Of a stretch of 64,000 nucleotides of DNA, positions 35,444 through 47,225 are shown piece by piece (the stretch's first letter is position 1; every line of letters begins with the position of its first letter). The DNA comes from Piedraia hortae CBS 480.64 (taxonomy: Eukaryota), in NCBI GenBank assembly GCA_010093745.1, contig MU005958.1:558001-622000 (forward strand), written 5' to 3'. Both the position numbers and the translations under genes were made by a program. Under the pieces are notes generated by a model. The model was given only the letters and a program-made list of their open reading frames with translations. It was not told the origin of the DNA and ran no database searches.

Positions 35444-35829
35444 TTACCGCGCCTTTTCAAACAGACGCCGCCACGCTCGTCCCGCCGCTGCCCCGAGTCT
35501 CTCATAAACTTCGTCCCACCGCACGTTTTGCACCCTCCGCACTCCCCTTTCCACCTCCTCGTTCCACCCGTCCTTGACCGTCTCCCACAACCCTGCACGA
35601 ACAATTCGCGTCTCGGACAACGGGACAGGCGGCTGAGGATCAACAATATTTTGCATCAGCATCGTCTGCTGTCGGATCAGAGCTGCCTGGTACGCTCTGT
35701 TGTGCGTGTGTAGCGTCAAAGTCGAGTAGACGACGGCGGCTGTAAGCGTAAAGCCACCCAGCTATCTCGGTCAGTCTGTCGTCGAAGTTGAATTAAGTCC
35801 AGCCATACCAAGCCCGTAGTGAAGCCCAT
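35444..35829 (-). CDS. MIC12: MICOS subunit Mic12 (Aim5)
   Basis: MGFTTGL / LGGFTLTAAVVYSTL..HNRAYQAALIRQQ..ETVKDGWNEEVERGVRRVQNVRW; one short intron at about 35809-35760. Confidence 0.82.
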
Positions 35830-35961
35830 TGCTGTTCTGGTGTCGTCGACTGCGGTCAACGACGTTCGTTTCCCGAAATGGATTAGCGGGAGGCGTCAAA
35901 CAGCATGGTGTCTAAACAGGTTTAGTGCGGCAGACGAACAACCACATCCAACAGCAAACTA

Positions 35962-36598
35962 ATGGCCGGTGGACACGTCAAGTTCCGGCATCTCAGTCGA
36001 TCTTCAGCTCACAGGCAAGCGCTCTTAAGGAATTTGGTCACCTCCCTTATCGAACACGAATCCATCGCAACGACATGGCACAAGGCAAAAGAAGCGCAGA
36101 GGATGGCAGAAAAAGTCATCACCCTGGGCAAGAAGAACACGGTCGCGAGTAGGCAGGCAGCGGGGAAATATCTTTATGTATGTCATGGATGTTGTGTGGG
36201 AAATCGAACTGACAGCGTAGCGATATCCACAGATGATCCGGAAACTGGTTGGTCCTTTGCGCGCGAGATATGCCGAGAGGCCCGGAGGATACACTAGAGT
36301 CCTACGGATAGAGCCCACAAAAGAGGACCAGGCTGCCTCGGCCATACTGGAATTGGTAGACGGGCCCAAAGACATGCGGTTTGCCATGACTGCAAAGACC
36401 ATCGCGGCAGTTCGTGCAAAGGGCCAAGAGATCAACGATATGACGGCCGAAAACATCCGCAAGGTCACACGGTACAGAAAGAACGCCGAGCAGGAGCTGG
36501 AAGATATGGTGGCCAAGTTCGAGGCCCTGTCCAACGAAGAAGTACAGAAGGTCAAGAAGAAGAAAGTCTACCCCGCCAACGAAAGGAGTAGACAGTAA
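35962..36598 (+). CDS. MRPL8: Mitochondrial ribosomal protein bL17m
   Basis: RHLSRSSAHRQALLRNLVTSLIEHESIATTWHKAKEAQR / RYAERPGGYTRVLRIEP; intron at about 36178-36220. Confidence 0.95.
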
Positions 36599-37111
36599 TA
36601 TATCATTACAGCTCGTTAATCGTAGGAAGCTGATGCACTTCTCCAACGTGTAGACCGTACTTTATGCACCGAGTAGCAGGCTCACCTGATTTGTTAGATA
36701 GAAAGCGACTAGGCTGAGAGACATACAGCCATGGCAATGCAGCATAAACTGACGTATGGACTCAGTCGTTCTCCGATTCGCGCGGCTCGCCAAAACGTTC
36801 CCAGGGCACTTGAAGGTCAGCTTGGCTACAATCAGATCTGCAAACCTACCCAGTCTTGTTGCGGTCTAGTATTGGTGCAAATGCGCTGTGGACGTACGTG
36901 CAGGTACAGATGAAGAGCAGAACAACCAGCAGAAACGTTTGAAATTTGAGAATCCCAAGCATCTTTTGCTGGCAAAGGTCGGAAGGACTGCTGGTGTGGT
37001 CGCTATTTCGTGCTTAGTAAGCGGGCTCTTACACGGGCCGTCAGAAATCTTGGCACGTCAGACACACCAAAAAGATCGGGCCACCACCACCGCCACGGAA
37101 CGACCACCACA

Positions 37112-38077
37112 ATGGGCGTCGAGCTAAAAAATTACTTGCACTTGGCGCGGCCGCTCGCAACGGCGCCTACCGCCGTCCACGCCCCCTCCACGTCCCCCGT
37201 CAGCGTTATTGTGCATCCCCAAGCCCTATTCAGCATCATCGACCATGCTTCCCGAAGACCGGCCGACCAGCAGAGAGTCATCGGGACTCTTCTCGGTACG
37301 AGATCCGAAGACGGAACCGAAGTTACCATTACAAACTGTTATGCCGTGCCGCACACAGAAACAGCCGAGCAGGTGGAGATGGAAATGGACTCGCACAAAC
37401 ACATGCTGGAGTTGCACCTCCGGGTGGCCCCCAAGGAGATTCTAGTCGGCTGGTACGCCACGAGTTCGGAGCTCAACACGTTTTCGGCACTTATCCAAAA
37501 CTTCTACGGATTGCCTGGCGACGGTACCTGGCCGCATCCCGCCGTCCACCTCACTGTTAACACCGAACCTGGCAAAGACGTCGACATCAGTGCGTATATT
37601 TCAGCGCCCATCGGCGTCGTACCCGAGCGCACCGACGATTCCTGCTTGTTTATCCCCGTGCCATACGAGCTCCGGTATGGTGAGGCTGAGCGCAGCGGGC
37701 TTGAGGCCATTGCGGCGGCCAAGGACCGCGAAGATCGCTCGCAGCTGCTCGGTACCGACCTCGATGCGTTGGAAGGCGCTGTAGAGCATCAGCTGGACCT
37801 GTTGGAGCGCGCGAGCAACTACGTATCCAATGTGCTGGACGAGGAAGTCGAGCCTTCGGCAGCGATTGGCCAATACCTCCTCAACACGCTCTCACTGACG
37901 CCCAAAGTCGACCCTGAAGCCATTGAGCGCGACATGAACCACCACGCGCAGGATGTGCTCATGGTCGCCTATCTGGCCAACACGATCAAGACGCAGATTG
38001 ACCTTTCTAACCGACTCGCGACAGCCCCTCTCACCGTTGGTGATGGGGAGAAGCAACAGAAGAAGGCCAAAACGTAG
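37112..38077 (+). CDS. eIF3f: Eukaryotic translation initiation factor 3 subunit F (MPN domain)
   Basis: [82 protein letters not shown]. Confidence 0.94.
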   Translation: MGVELKNYLHLARPLATAPTAVHAPSTSPVSVIVHPQALFSIIDHASRRPADQQRVIGTLLGTRSEDGTEVTITNCYAVPHTETAEQVEMEMDSHKHMLELHLRVAPKEILVGWYATSSELNTFSALIQNFYGLPGDGTWPHPAVHLTVNTEPGKDVDISAYISAPIGVVPERTDDSCLFIPVPYELRYGEAERSGLEAIAAAKDREDRSQLLGTDLDALEGAVEHQLDLLERASNYVSNVLDEEVEPSAAIGQYLLNTLSLTPKVDPEAIERDMNHHAQDVLMVAYLANTIKTQIDLSNRLATAPLTVGDGEKQQKKAKT

Positions 38078-38080
38078 TTA

Positions 38081-38548
38081 TCAATTCTCTCTAACCCTTT
38101 TCCCGCCGCTCTCCTCGTTGTTGTCGGCCAGCTTGCGCTTCTTGCGTCCCCTCTTGACCTTGTCATCTGGGTCCGCCTGTATTAGGTCCTCTAGACGCGA
38201 AAGGCTTTCCTTGTCCAGGTTCATATCCTGCACGATGCCCGTCGTCTGTCGTACCTCCCTGAGGCCCCTTTCCTTCCACATTTGCTCCAGAACTCGTCCG
38301 AGCAACACTTCATCGTGCCGTAACGCAAACTTGAAGTCGTCCACTTTTACTTTTTGGCGCCGCGAATACGATGCGCATAGTGCCGCTTCGTGCGCAATGT
38401 CGATGATAAAGTCCACCAGGATCTCGTCCAGCAACGCAATCGTGGTCGGCAGGCTGGGTGTGTTGTCGCCAAACGCGTACAGCAGCTCCGATAGATCGGA
38501 TGACGTGAAGAATTGGCCACGACGCTGGCGCATGCGCGGTTCGGTCAT
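38081..38548 (-). CDS. TAF13: TFIID subunit Taf13 (histone fold)
   Basis: [53 protein letters not shown]. Confidence 0.9.
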   Translation of the reverse strand: MTEPRMRQRRGQFFTSSDLSELLYAFGDNTPSLPTTIALLDEILVDFIIDIAHEAALCASYSRRQKVKVDDFKFALRHDEVLLGRVLEQMWKERGLREVRQTTGIVQDMNLDKESLSRLEDLIQADPDDKVKRGRKKRKLADNNEESGGKRVREN

Positions 38549-38748
38549 GTTATGTTTGAGATTGTGAAGATGCAATGTTTGAGCGAGACGTTGGTGTCGT
38601 TGCGACCACGGAAATATTTCCGTCTTCACGTGGGAAGATCCGCCTCCACACGACCACACGGAATGCCCCGCCGCCAATCCGGATTCGAACTAGCGGCTTC
38701 GGTAATTTTGCTACAACTTTTTGGTGCGCACTCGGTCGATTTATAAAA

Positions 38749-40784
38749 ATGCCTCGCGGAAAACCTCGACGAGGTGGCAGCTTAAAATCTAGAGGAAGTG
38801 CACGGAATTCGTTTCGTCCCGCTCGGAGTGGCATCAGAACGAAATCTGGCGCATATCGGAAATTCGACAGCCAGCGGGTCAAGAATGTACAAAGTGAGAG
38901 TGAGGCGAGTGAGCCAGAGAGTGAGGGGAAGGATGAGGAGGTAGAGGAAGCGGAAGAAGAGGAAGCGGTTCCAGTGCGAGTTTCCGCCTACAGCAAACTA
39001 TTGCAATCTCTTGGTCAAGATGATAGTGAAGAGGAGGAAAGGCCTCCTAAAAGAATGAAGCTCGATGATGAGCACGATGACATACCCGAAATGGATCCAG
39101 ATGGTGCAGATGAAGAGGACGGGGAAGAGGGGCATGCGTCCAGTGACGAAGAAGACGAGTCTGATCCGTATGAGGTTCATCTTAACCCGACAACAGACAC
39201 CCCAGTAGCCCTCGACCTTAAGACAGCGACAAAATCATACAGGAATATCCCAAAAATTGGCACATTGCAGATCTACACGCATCCAGATCTTTCCCCTCTT
39301 CATGCGATCCATAGGCTGGACGATTTGCGCCTCAAAAAAAAAATCTCCTCTGTAGATCTGACCCTCACACCTCTACAGAAATCACTTGCCCCACAGATCT
39401 TCAACTACAGCGATTTGTTGTTCACCAGGCGCACGCCAACCAACGCACCAGAACTGCGCAGCATCCTTACCCTGCACGCGCTCAACCACCTCCTCAAGGG
39501 CCGCGACAAGGTGTTGAAGCACAACTCGCAAGACGACCCTCCCGCAGACCAAGGCTTCACCCGTCCGCGCGTGCTGATCCTCACCGAAACCCGCAATCTA
39601 GCCTACCAATACGGCCTCACTCTCACACGCTACTTCTCCCCGGAGCAAATCGAAAACAGATCCCGCTTCAAAGACTCCTTCTACAGTCCTCCCCCCTCAT
39701 CCCCCTCCCAACCGGAAGACTACACCGACCTCTTCTCCGGCAACAGCGACAACACCTTCACCCTCGGCGTCAAACTAACTCGCAAAACCCTCCGCTACTT
39801 TAGTTCCTTCTACCAAGCCGATCTCATCCTCGCCTCCCCCCTAGGCCTCAAAAAAATCCTCCAAGGCAAAAAACGCGACAGCGACTTCCTCTCCTCCATC
39901 GAAATTCTAATCCTCGACCAAGCAGACGCCATGGGTCTACAATCATGGGACAACGTCACCTCTGTATTCTCCAAACTCAACAAAATCCCCGAAGAATCCC
40001 ACGACGCAGACCTCAACCGCGTCCGCAGTGTCTACCTCGACGGCCACGGCTCTACCTTACGCCAAACCATCATCCTATCCGCATACACAACCCCCGAAAT
40101 TCTCTCCGCCTTCCGCTCATGCGAGAACTGGGCCGCACGAGCGCTCGTCAGACCAATCTACCCACCAATCCAACTCCCCGAGGGAATCACGATATCCTTT
40201 GAGCGCTTCTTAGCCATCAAACCCACTGACGTACCTGACAAAAGATTCGAATATTTCACCCAAACCGCTTTGCCTGTAATTAAAAAACTTCCCTCGGGGG
40301 GGCATCATAACGAAAAAACCTCCGCGGTGGAGGAAGATGGAGTCAAAAATCCCTCCCAACAGAGTAAGGGTGTACTGATTTTTCTCGCGAGTTATTTCGA
40401 TTTCCTCCGACTTAGAAATTATTTACTCTCGTCGACGACGATCTCGTTTGGGAGTATCCATGATTATTCGTCGCCGAGTGAACAGAGGAGTACGAAGGCG
40501 CTTTTTCGCGCGGGGAGGTTCGATGTTCTGCTTTATACACAGCGGGCGCATCATTTTTGGAGGCTGAGGATAAGGGGGGTCAAGAGGGTTTTTTGCTATG
40601 GTGTTCCAGAAAATCCAAATTTTTGGGCGGAGGTTGTGGGGATGGTGGAGGGGGGGGGGGGGGGGGGGGGGGGGTGTATTATTGTGATTTTGATAAACTT
40701 GCGCTTGAGAGAATTGTGGGTACAAAGGCGGTGGAGGGGCAGGTGGGGAGGGGTAGGGGGTTTGAAATTAGCTCGGGGGAGTAG
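38749..40784 (+). CDS. UTP25: U3 snoRNA-associated protein Utp25; apparent frameshift in the G25 run at 40650-40674
   Basis: LHALNHLLKGRDKVLKHN, DQGFTRPRVLIL, FYQADLILASPLGL, DFLSSIEILILDQAD, LLYTQRAHHFWR..YGVPENPNF. The conserved DKLALERIVGT tail lies in another frame ending at 40784. Confidence 0.92.
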
Positions 40785-41596
40785 AGACATACATCCCTAT
40801 GTAGCATCTCGGGGTGAGTTTACAATAGTGTCGGAAACTCTGAATATATGACCTCGTTGCCTCTTAGACCATACGATATTCCACACCTCTGCAATTGATC
40901 ACCGTTACGATATGCTCCACCATGCGCCCAATGTCTGATTCAACTAGTGGCTACCTTAATTGCTGAATGGATGGAAAGCCCCGCTTCTGGCGTTGTGACG
41001 AGAGATAGAGATAGAGTAGCAGGACATATGTTCAGCAAAGGCTTGAAAGGGATCAATCTCGGTAACATGCCTCACAATTTTCATTCCAACTGCGCCGGTC
41101 TTGTGGAAGGCTTCATACAATTTCGTGGCACGATTCAGAGACCAGTGGCTTGGACTGGCACTCCCCTGGCTGTGAACTCTGCCCAAAGCCAGAATGTACC
41201 AAGCGGCAGTCTCATCCCAGAGCGGCATTCCATACATCCATCAACGATACATGTTAGCCAAGCCTCGAACGCAATTGAATGAGCAATTTAACCCTGTTCT
41301 TTTAGAGTTTTTTTTTTTTTTTTTTTTCAACGAAATCTACCCGACGTTTTTCTTTAACTTATCCCAAACTTTGCCGTCACACAACAGCGTTTTTAACAGA
41401 AGACCTACACGAGGAACGTAACGCGAAGACGCACAGGATGGAATTGCCTCCACAATCACTGAAATGATCTCGAAAACCTCCCGCATGAGATGGAGTTTCG
41501 GCAATGGAGGCAGATAGATTCTTTACCTGCCCTGAGACACACGCAGTGACCCATAACCTGTCGCTGACAGAGCGTTTAGAAGGCCGTAATGGCGCT

Positions 41597-41615
41597 GGGT
41601 GTGTGTGTGTGTGTG
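41597..41615. repeat. (GT)n microsatellite
   Basis: gggtgtgtgtgtgtgtgtgtc. Confidence 0.9.
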
Positions 41616-43722
41616 TCACACGTTAGGCGTCGAGAGTTGACGGCAGTTGACAGTAGAAGATTCTAGGCGTCTGTGTAACTTCAACAACTGAAGGATGCAG
41701 GGATGGCTCTCCTTCTGCTTTCTCCCCATCATAGTTCTTTCATTCATGATATAGTCTGCTATCCACGATCCGTGTGAAAACCATACCGATGTCGGAGGAG
41801 ATTCTTCTCCCTCCCGATAGTTATAAGCCCAGGAAGCTTCACCTCCGATATTTGTGCTTCAACGTTTCTTAAACTTTGATCACAAGTTGCTTAAGATCGT
41901 AAAGTACTAGCGGCCGCCCGAAAATTTACCTCATGCACATGGTATGGCGCAAAGAGCCACAGCACTGCTAGTGGCGCCCAAGTACCCAGGGCTCTTGGCC
42001 GCGGTAAGAAAACTTCATCCGGACCTGTTCTATGCAACCGTTGGTGCCACTCAGAACGAAATTTTAGAGAGTACATTCGTCTCGCAACACGTTTGTACAA
42101 CCGGACCCCGAAGCCCTCGTACACAGAGTTGTTTACAACTAAGCGATCGACCACACAGACGACATTGGTCTCTTCTGGCAGGTCAAAATCAAGATCTAGA
42201 TCCGCCAGCCGGCAACCTGGGGAGGAAGAACCCGAACAACAAGAAATGTGCAGTATATAAAATGGCCTTCAGCCAAGACGTGAAGAATGAATACTCCGAC
42301 CAATCCAGCGCATTAGTGGAGGCGAATATGATGGGGAACTTGGTGAGCTTTCTGGAACTCGTAGAGTTCACCCCGAACATCACGAACTACGTTTGCGGAA
42401 GAGGAAATGTGGACAATGTTCGACCGAGCCAACTCGATGACGTATCGCAAGAAACCGAAGAGGGTTCTGATGAGATTGAGGCTCGATCAGAAAGCAGTAA
42501 CGATGATCTTAATGATGACTGCCATGATCAAGAACGGGAATCGTATCTTAGAAGCCCTGAAGGACCATAGGGAGGAGATGGAGAGGAACTTCTAGTACTC
42601 GGAGGTCCCGTCACTCTTCCAAAACGAGACAGTCCTGTACGTGTCGGAAGCCAGGAACACCGGAAAGTTCCCATTCGTGAACATACCGATGACCAACTTT
42701 GGCCTGTACGTACTTTGTGACCTGGTGATCGACTTGTCCCAGGATTGGGGCTACCGGTTCTTGTGCAACATCCTGACATTCAGTCAGATCAAAATGAATT
42801 CAGAGCTGCAAGATAGGGCTAAGCAAGCCCACGCCAAGTTCTGGAACCAGACCGTCGTAACCTCCCACGTATACCGATGATGGCCATCCGGTTAAAGCTT
42901 GTGGTGCGCCAATAGAACAATCTTGGAGCAAGACCGCAATCGCATCGCAGATGGATTGAAACTTAATAACAGAAAGTAGACCGAGGACAAGCTATCTGAT
43001 CGTGAAGGCGAAGTTGGACCTAAGGTTCATGAATACCGTAGAGACTGGCAAACAAGGCATCCTGGGCTAAGCCTTTTTGGGATATGGGGTCCCTGGCCAC
43101 TCCAATCCGAAAATAACCCGTGGAGGCCCAGAATGACTTGTTTGCCAGTCTCTACGGTAGCCTCTTACTGTATACCATAGGTGAATAGAAACATGATAGA
43201 CAACATTCACTCTCATGGAGCCAATTCAGTCATCGAAGACCTTAATCTGGACAGTTGTTTTCCTTCGACCGAGCATTGTCCTATTCCTTCCTTTGTCGGC
43301 CAGATTTGGGAAGGTTGACGCTAAGCAGGAATTTTCAGGCGCTAAGCAGGGATTCTTGCATTAGTCTATCTTTAGCGCATGCTGTTTGAGCGCGATTTTT
43401 TGACTGACGGTCCGTCCCACTCCCTTGCGGCGCTAGAAGGGACCATGAATCGGTCGAAAATCAGTCGAAACAGACCAAGGGATGCCGAATATATCCTATA
43501 GAAAAAGGAGGCCATTCAGTTGTATTATCACACTGCCTTGTGCAAAAATTTGTAGAAGTCTAAAGCAAAGATAACATAGGCCGAAGGCATTTTCAGATGA
43601 CCTTTTGAGTTTGTGGGTTCGTCATGGCATGGTACATTGACTCGTGCGCGCGAGAGCATTGTTGACCTATGTTCTGAACTTTATATTGGCTTACACTCGG
43701 GACTCATGTAACCTTGTCAACA

Positions 43723-45200
43723 TCATGCCTCAAACTCATTCCGCTCTTTTGACGGATCAAGTGTCTCAAGCATGCTAAACATGTTCGCCGGTTTAAATTT
43801 TACCAAATTCTTTACTGGCTTCTCTTTCTTTATAAGTTTACGTTGCGGAATGCTCTGAGCCTGCGGGCGAGCATAGCCACTGCGATATGGGGTCCTAACA
43901 TCCATAACAGCTGGCCTTTTAGTAGCAGAAACAACAGTGTAGCCATCAGCCAACTTCTCAGGAACCTCCTTGATCGTCTTCAGCCCAGGTTCACTCCCAC
44001 TATGCTTACATGTGGCATTAAGCATTCCAACAAGATCATCAACCATGAACGAAGCCCTACTTCCAAGTTGTCCACTCGCCTTCGATTCTTTCAATTCTAC
44101 AACGCAACCGCTCAACGCAATCATTTCTCTTGATCAAACTTCTTTCCAATACCTTTCAAAAGCTTGCTCAAACTCTCAAGGCCCATCTCATTTCAGAGAC
44201 CAATCAACTTATCAACCCACTTCACTAAAACATCATTCAATACCAATTTCCGTTTCCACAACTCACCAGCAGGGTCAAAAACCCCAAAGCCCTTCTCTTC
44301 GTCTTCTCGACAGCATAGTACTCATCAGAGAACATCACCTGCTTATTTATCCGCTAGTGCTCACAGTTGAACTCCTCCTCGCAGCGTGAGACCACGTGTG
44401 GGGCCGCATTCTTGCCCAGTTTCACCAACAGGTCAGTATGAGTCCCCGCCCAGTTAGCCTCGTCAGATACCTTGTCAAATGTTGTTCCAACAACGATGTT
44501 CAGAGAACTCTCATCTGTCGCAAGAGCAATAATCTCGTCTGAGACTTTGGGGGAATTGTCAGGCGTCTATTCGTTTAAGACAAGTTGAGCTTGCCTTTGA
44601 TATTGTTGCCCTGTCCAGCGGATCGCTGTGGATTTTCTTCATCTTGGAAATATTGAGGGGCTGCTATGGTTTTGGTCTTATCGTCTTTGGTGATGTCAGC
44701 AGCTACAACCCTCTGGGGCTTCCATGCTGGTGCAGACTGCTTCACATCCTCTGGTGTTGTATTCGCCTTGGCATTTTGCGTCTGCTGCCTAGGCCGGGAG
44801 AGAGAGAAAACTTTGATTTCCTGACTCAGTGTATCATTGCGTGGGGTGGGCGGTGAGACAATGGAATCCTCCGCCGAAATGATGAGTTTTCCGACCGTTT
44901 GGTCCCAATTTTTACGAGGTTTTGCTGTGCACGCACGCTGCAACCTCAGCAGAAATTCACGCGTGTACACGTGTCGAGTAGGGTGGATGTTGCCAGGCAG
45001 CGGAGCCTCTTTCCTGGGACAGTCCATCTTTCCGGAACAGCTTGGATCAATTGCTACATGGTTGCTCACTTCTCTTTTCCTTGGGAGGCTGAACGACAAT
45101 ACATTCATCCTTGCGTTTCATTTCGACTTCAACGTTTTTCCCTTCTTCTTCGTTTCTGGAGACCGAACAACAACCTACTCATCCTCGGCGTATAACTAAA
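43723..45200 (-). pseudogene. Decayed eIF4G paralog (eIF4E-binding motif plus MIF4G domain)
   Basis: YTREFLL..KPRKNWD (YxxxxLphi motif); IKGKLN..TPDN..VSDEII; TFDKVSDEANWA; SRCEEEF; MFSDEYYAVEKTKRRALG; LGSRASFMVDDLV; KTIKEV; NMFSML. Interrupted by several stops and frameshifts. Confidence 0.8.
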
Positions 45201-45425
45201 CTGCTCTCTCGTTCACCCATCCCTTCGTCCTGGGGTGTCGTACAACAACATATCCGTCCTCCAAATCTATCTTCGCCCCTTCTCTTCCCTTCCCACATGG
45301 CTTACCAGCAGGGATGTGTGGTATGGTTGGGGATAAACGGGGGTGCTAGCGGGGAGAGCTGCATTTATCGTAAGAGTGGAAATGAAGAGGTTTATGTAGG
45401 GGGTTTTACACTTCGGAGGCTGAGT

Positions 45426-45525
45426 GGGAAGAGGGGATTGGGAAGAGGGGATTGGGTAGAGGGGATTGGGAAGAGGGGATTGGGAAGAGGGGATTGGGAA
45501 GAGGGGATTGGGAAGAGGGAATGGG
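45426..45525. repeat. 14-bp G-rich minisatellite (GGGAAGAGGGGATT), about 7 copies
   Basis: Tandem copies are directly visible, with one extra G and one A>T variant. Confidence 0.92.
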
Positions 45526-47225
45526 TTTTGCAGAGTCACATAGGCGGAAACTATAATGCCCTGTTTTCTAGTGGGTAGAATGGAGATGTGTCTTGTTTGT
45601 TCTTCAAGTCTCGTATGCACTGTTTTGAGGGGACGTTGTTCACTAATCTTCCACGGTATAGTTGAGTGGAATTCACTACAAGGACCACTATGGGGTGGCT
45701 TCCCCCTCCGCGAAAACATCACTGGAAAGGGGCCTCATGACCCCCATTTTTGGTCGAGGCACGAATCGTGGACCCAAACGATGAGAGTATATTCGAAACC
45801 CATCCTATTCGAGTATTACAAGTAGCACGGTTACATCTGTGGCCTGCCATGGACCCAAAACCTTTCCAGGTTTAAAAAAATTTATTTGTGCATGAAACTA
45901 TCGGAAAAATTCCATACTCGATTGCCAAGCCACTCCGGTAATACAAAATCCACAGGCTACCAAACTCTACACAGTGGTCCAAGAGTCATGCCTTAAAAGA
46001 ATATCACTCGCCATGATAGCACCCGTTGATCCCTCATAGATCAACAAACCAAATCTGGTTACAAAAGTCGTACAGCCAGATATAAGAAATGCCTCGATGA
46101 GATCACACCCTCCCAGCACCTCCAATGTCCATAAACTCCTCACAGACCAACAACCCAACTATCAAAACCCACTTACCGAGCCATGTCCCATGCATCAGGG
46201 AACCTCAGCCCCAAATATAATTACCCAGCCCCTCTAGTGTCCGCAAATCCACCACAGATATCAAAACCATACAGCAAAGAGCCATACCTCAAAAGGAAAA
46301 AAGACGAAAAGAAAAAAGAAAACAAATAACCAGAATCTAGGTGTACCACCCTCCATGAATCCATCACGAGCCCCACTCAAACATCTACCTCCCAGCTTTA
46401 CCTCCCACCGAGTGCCTTAAAGTTTAACTTCCCAAGCTCAGGTGTAGCCTCCATAAATGATTTACCAACCCCCCTCAAACTTTCAACTTAGCGAATATTG
46501 AAAGTCCAACGTCCCAGAGCCCTACCCAGCGTCAGTGAACTAACCCTAGCTCTATCAGAACGATCATAAACCAGTACTGCGATCGCCAAACAATTGCAAT
46601 GTCCGTATCTCCACCTACGATTTGTAAGTCTTGTCTTCCTCGCCAAACCAACTGGTATGCTAGGCCCAAAGTAGAGACCTTGTGTGCGAGTCTATGGCTT
46701 CATACTGCGTTGAAGAAGAATGTTAATGTTCACTCACGCGTTATTCTGAAATCCATCACGAAGACATTAAGAAGTTGCACTCATTGAAGCCATTCATATT
46801 GATAGAGTTCCGAATAAAGTTAGAGTTAAAGTTAAACTTCATGCGGAAACGCTCCATTCTAAACCTTGACGAACGAGTCACCCCGAAGTTAATTTAAATC
46901 AAAAATTTGTTTGGGGCCCTATCTTCACCCTTGCCATCCAGTAATCGAAAATTATTCTCAACAAAGAGTAGTGCGGAAAAGAAGGAATCAAAAAGTGATG
47001 GCGTGTCTGACACAAGTGATGAACAAGGCTTGTTACAACAGGACAATGAACTTTCAATGCAGCAAAACTTCCCCACATGACAATCTAAACGCTTTAGGTA
47101 AACAAATTTTTGAATGAAAACTAGGACAAAAGAATAACGCCTCCGTTGCGAAATAACTAGGTAAACTTCAAATAAACCCTCCTCAACATCGAGTTCATGC
47201 CAGCATAAACCATCCGTTATCCCAA

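Noticed and set aside
38575..38748. N-terminal extensions given by the ORF track for UTP25 (also eIF3f, TAF13, PSF2, CCR4 and the adhesin)
   Set aside because: These begin at upstream or non-ATG codons in promoter DNA; family-like sequence or the signal peptide starts at the downstream ATG.
41612..41700. TGTCACA.. as the start of an LTR
   Set aside because: It overlaps the end of a GT microsatellite, and I found no second copy, PBS, PPT or pol remnants.
45900..47200. AT-richer stretch with short ORFs as a viral or organellar insertion
   Set aside because: No identifiable protein or RNA motif, and the compositional shift alone is not enough.
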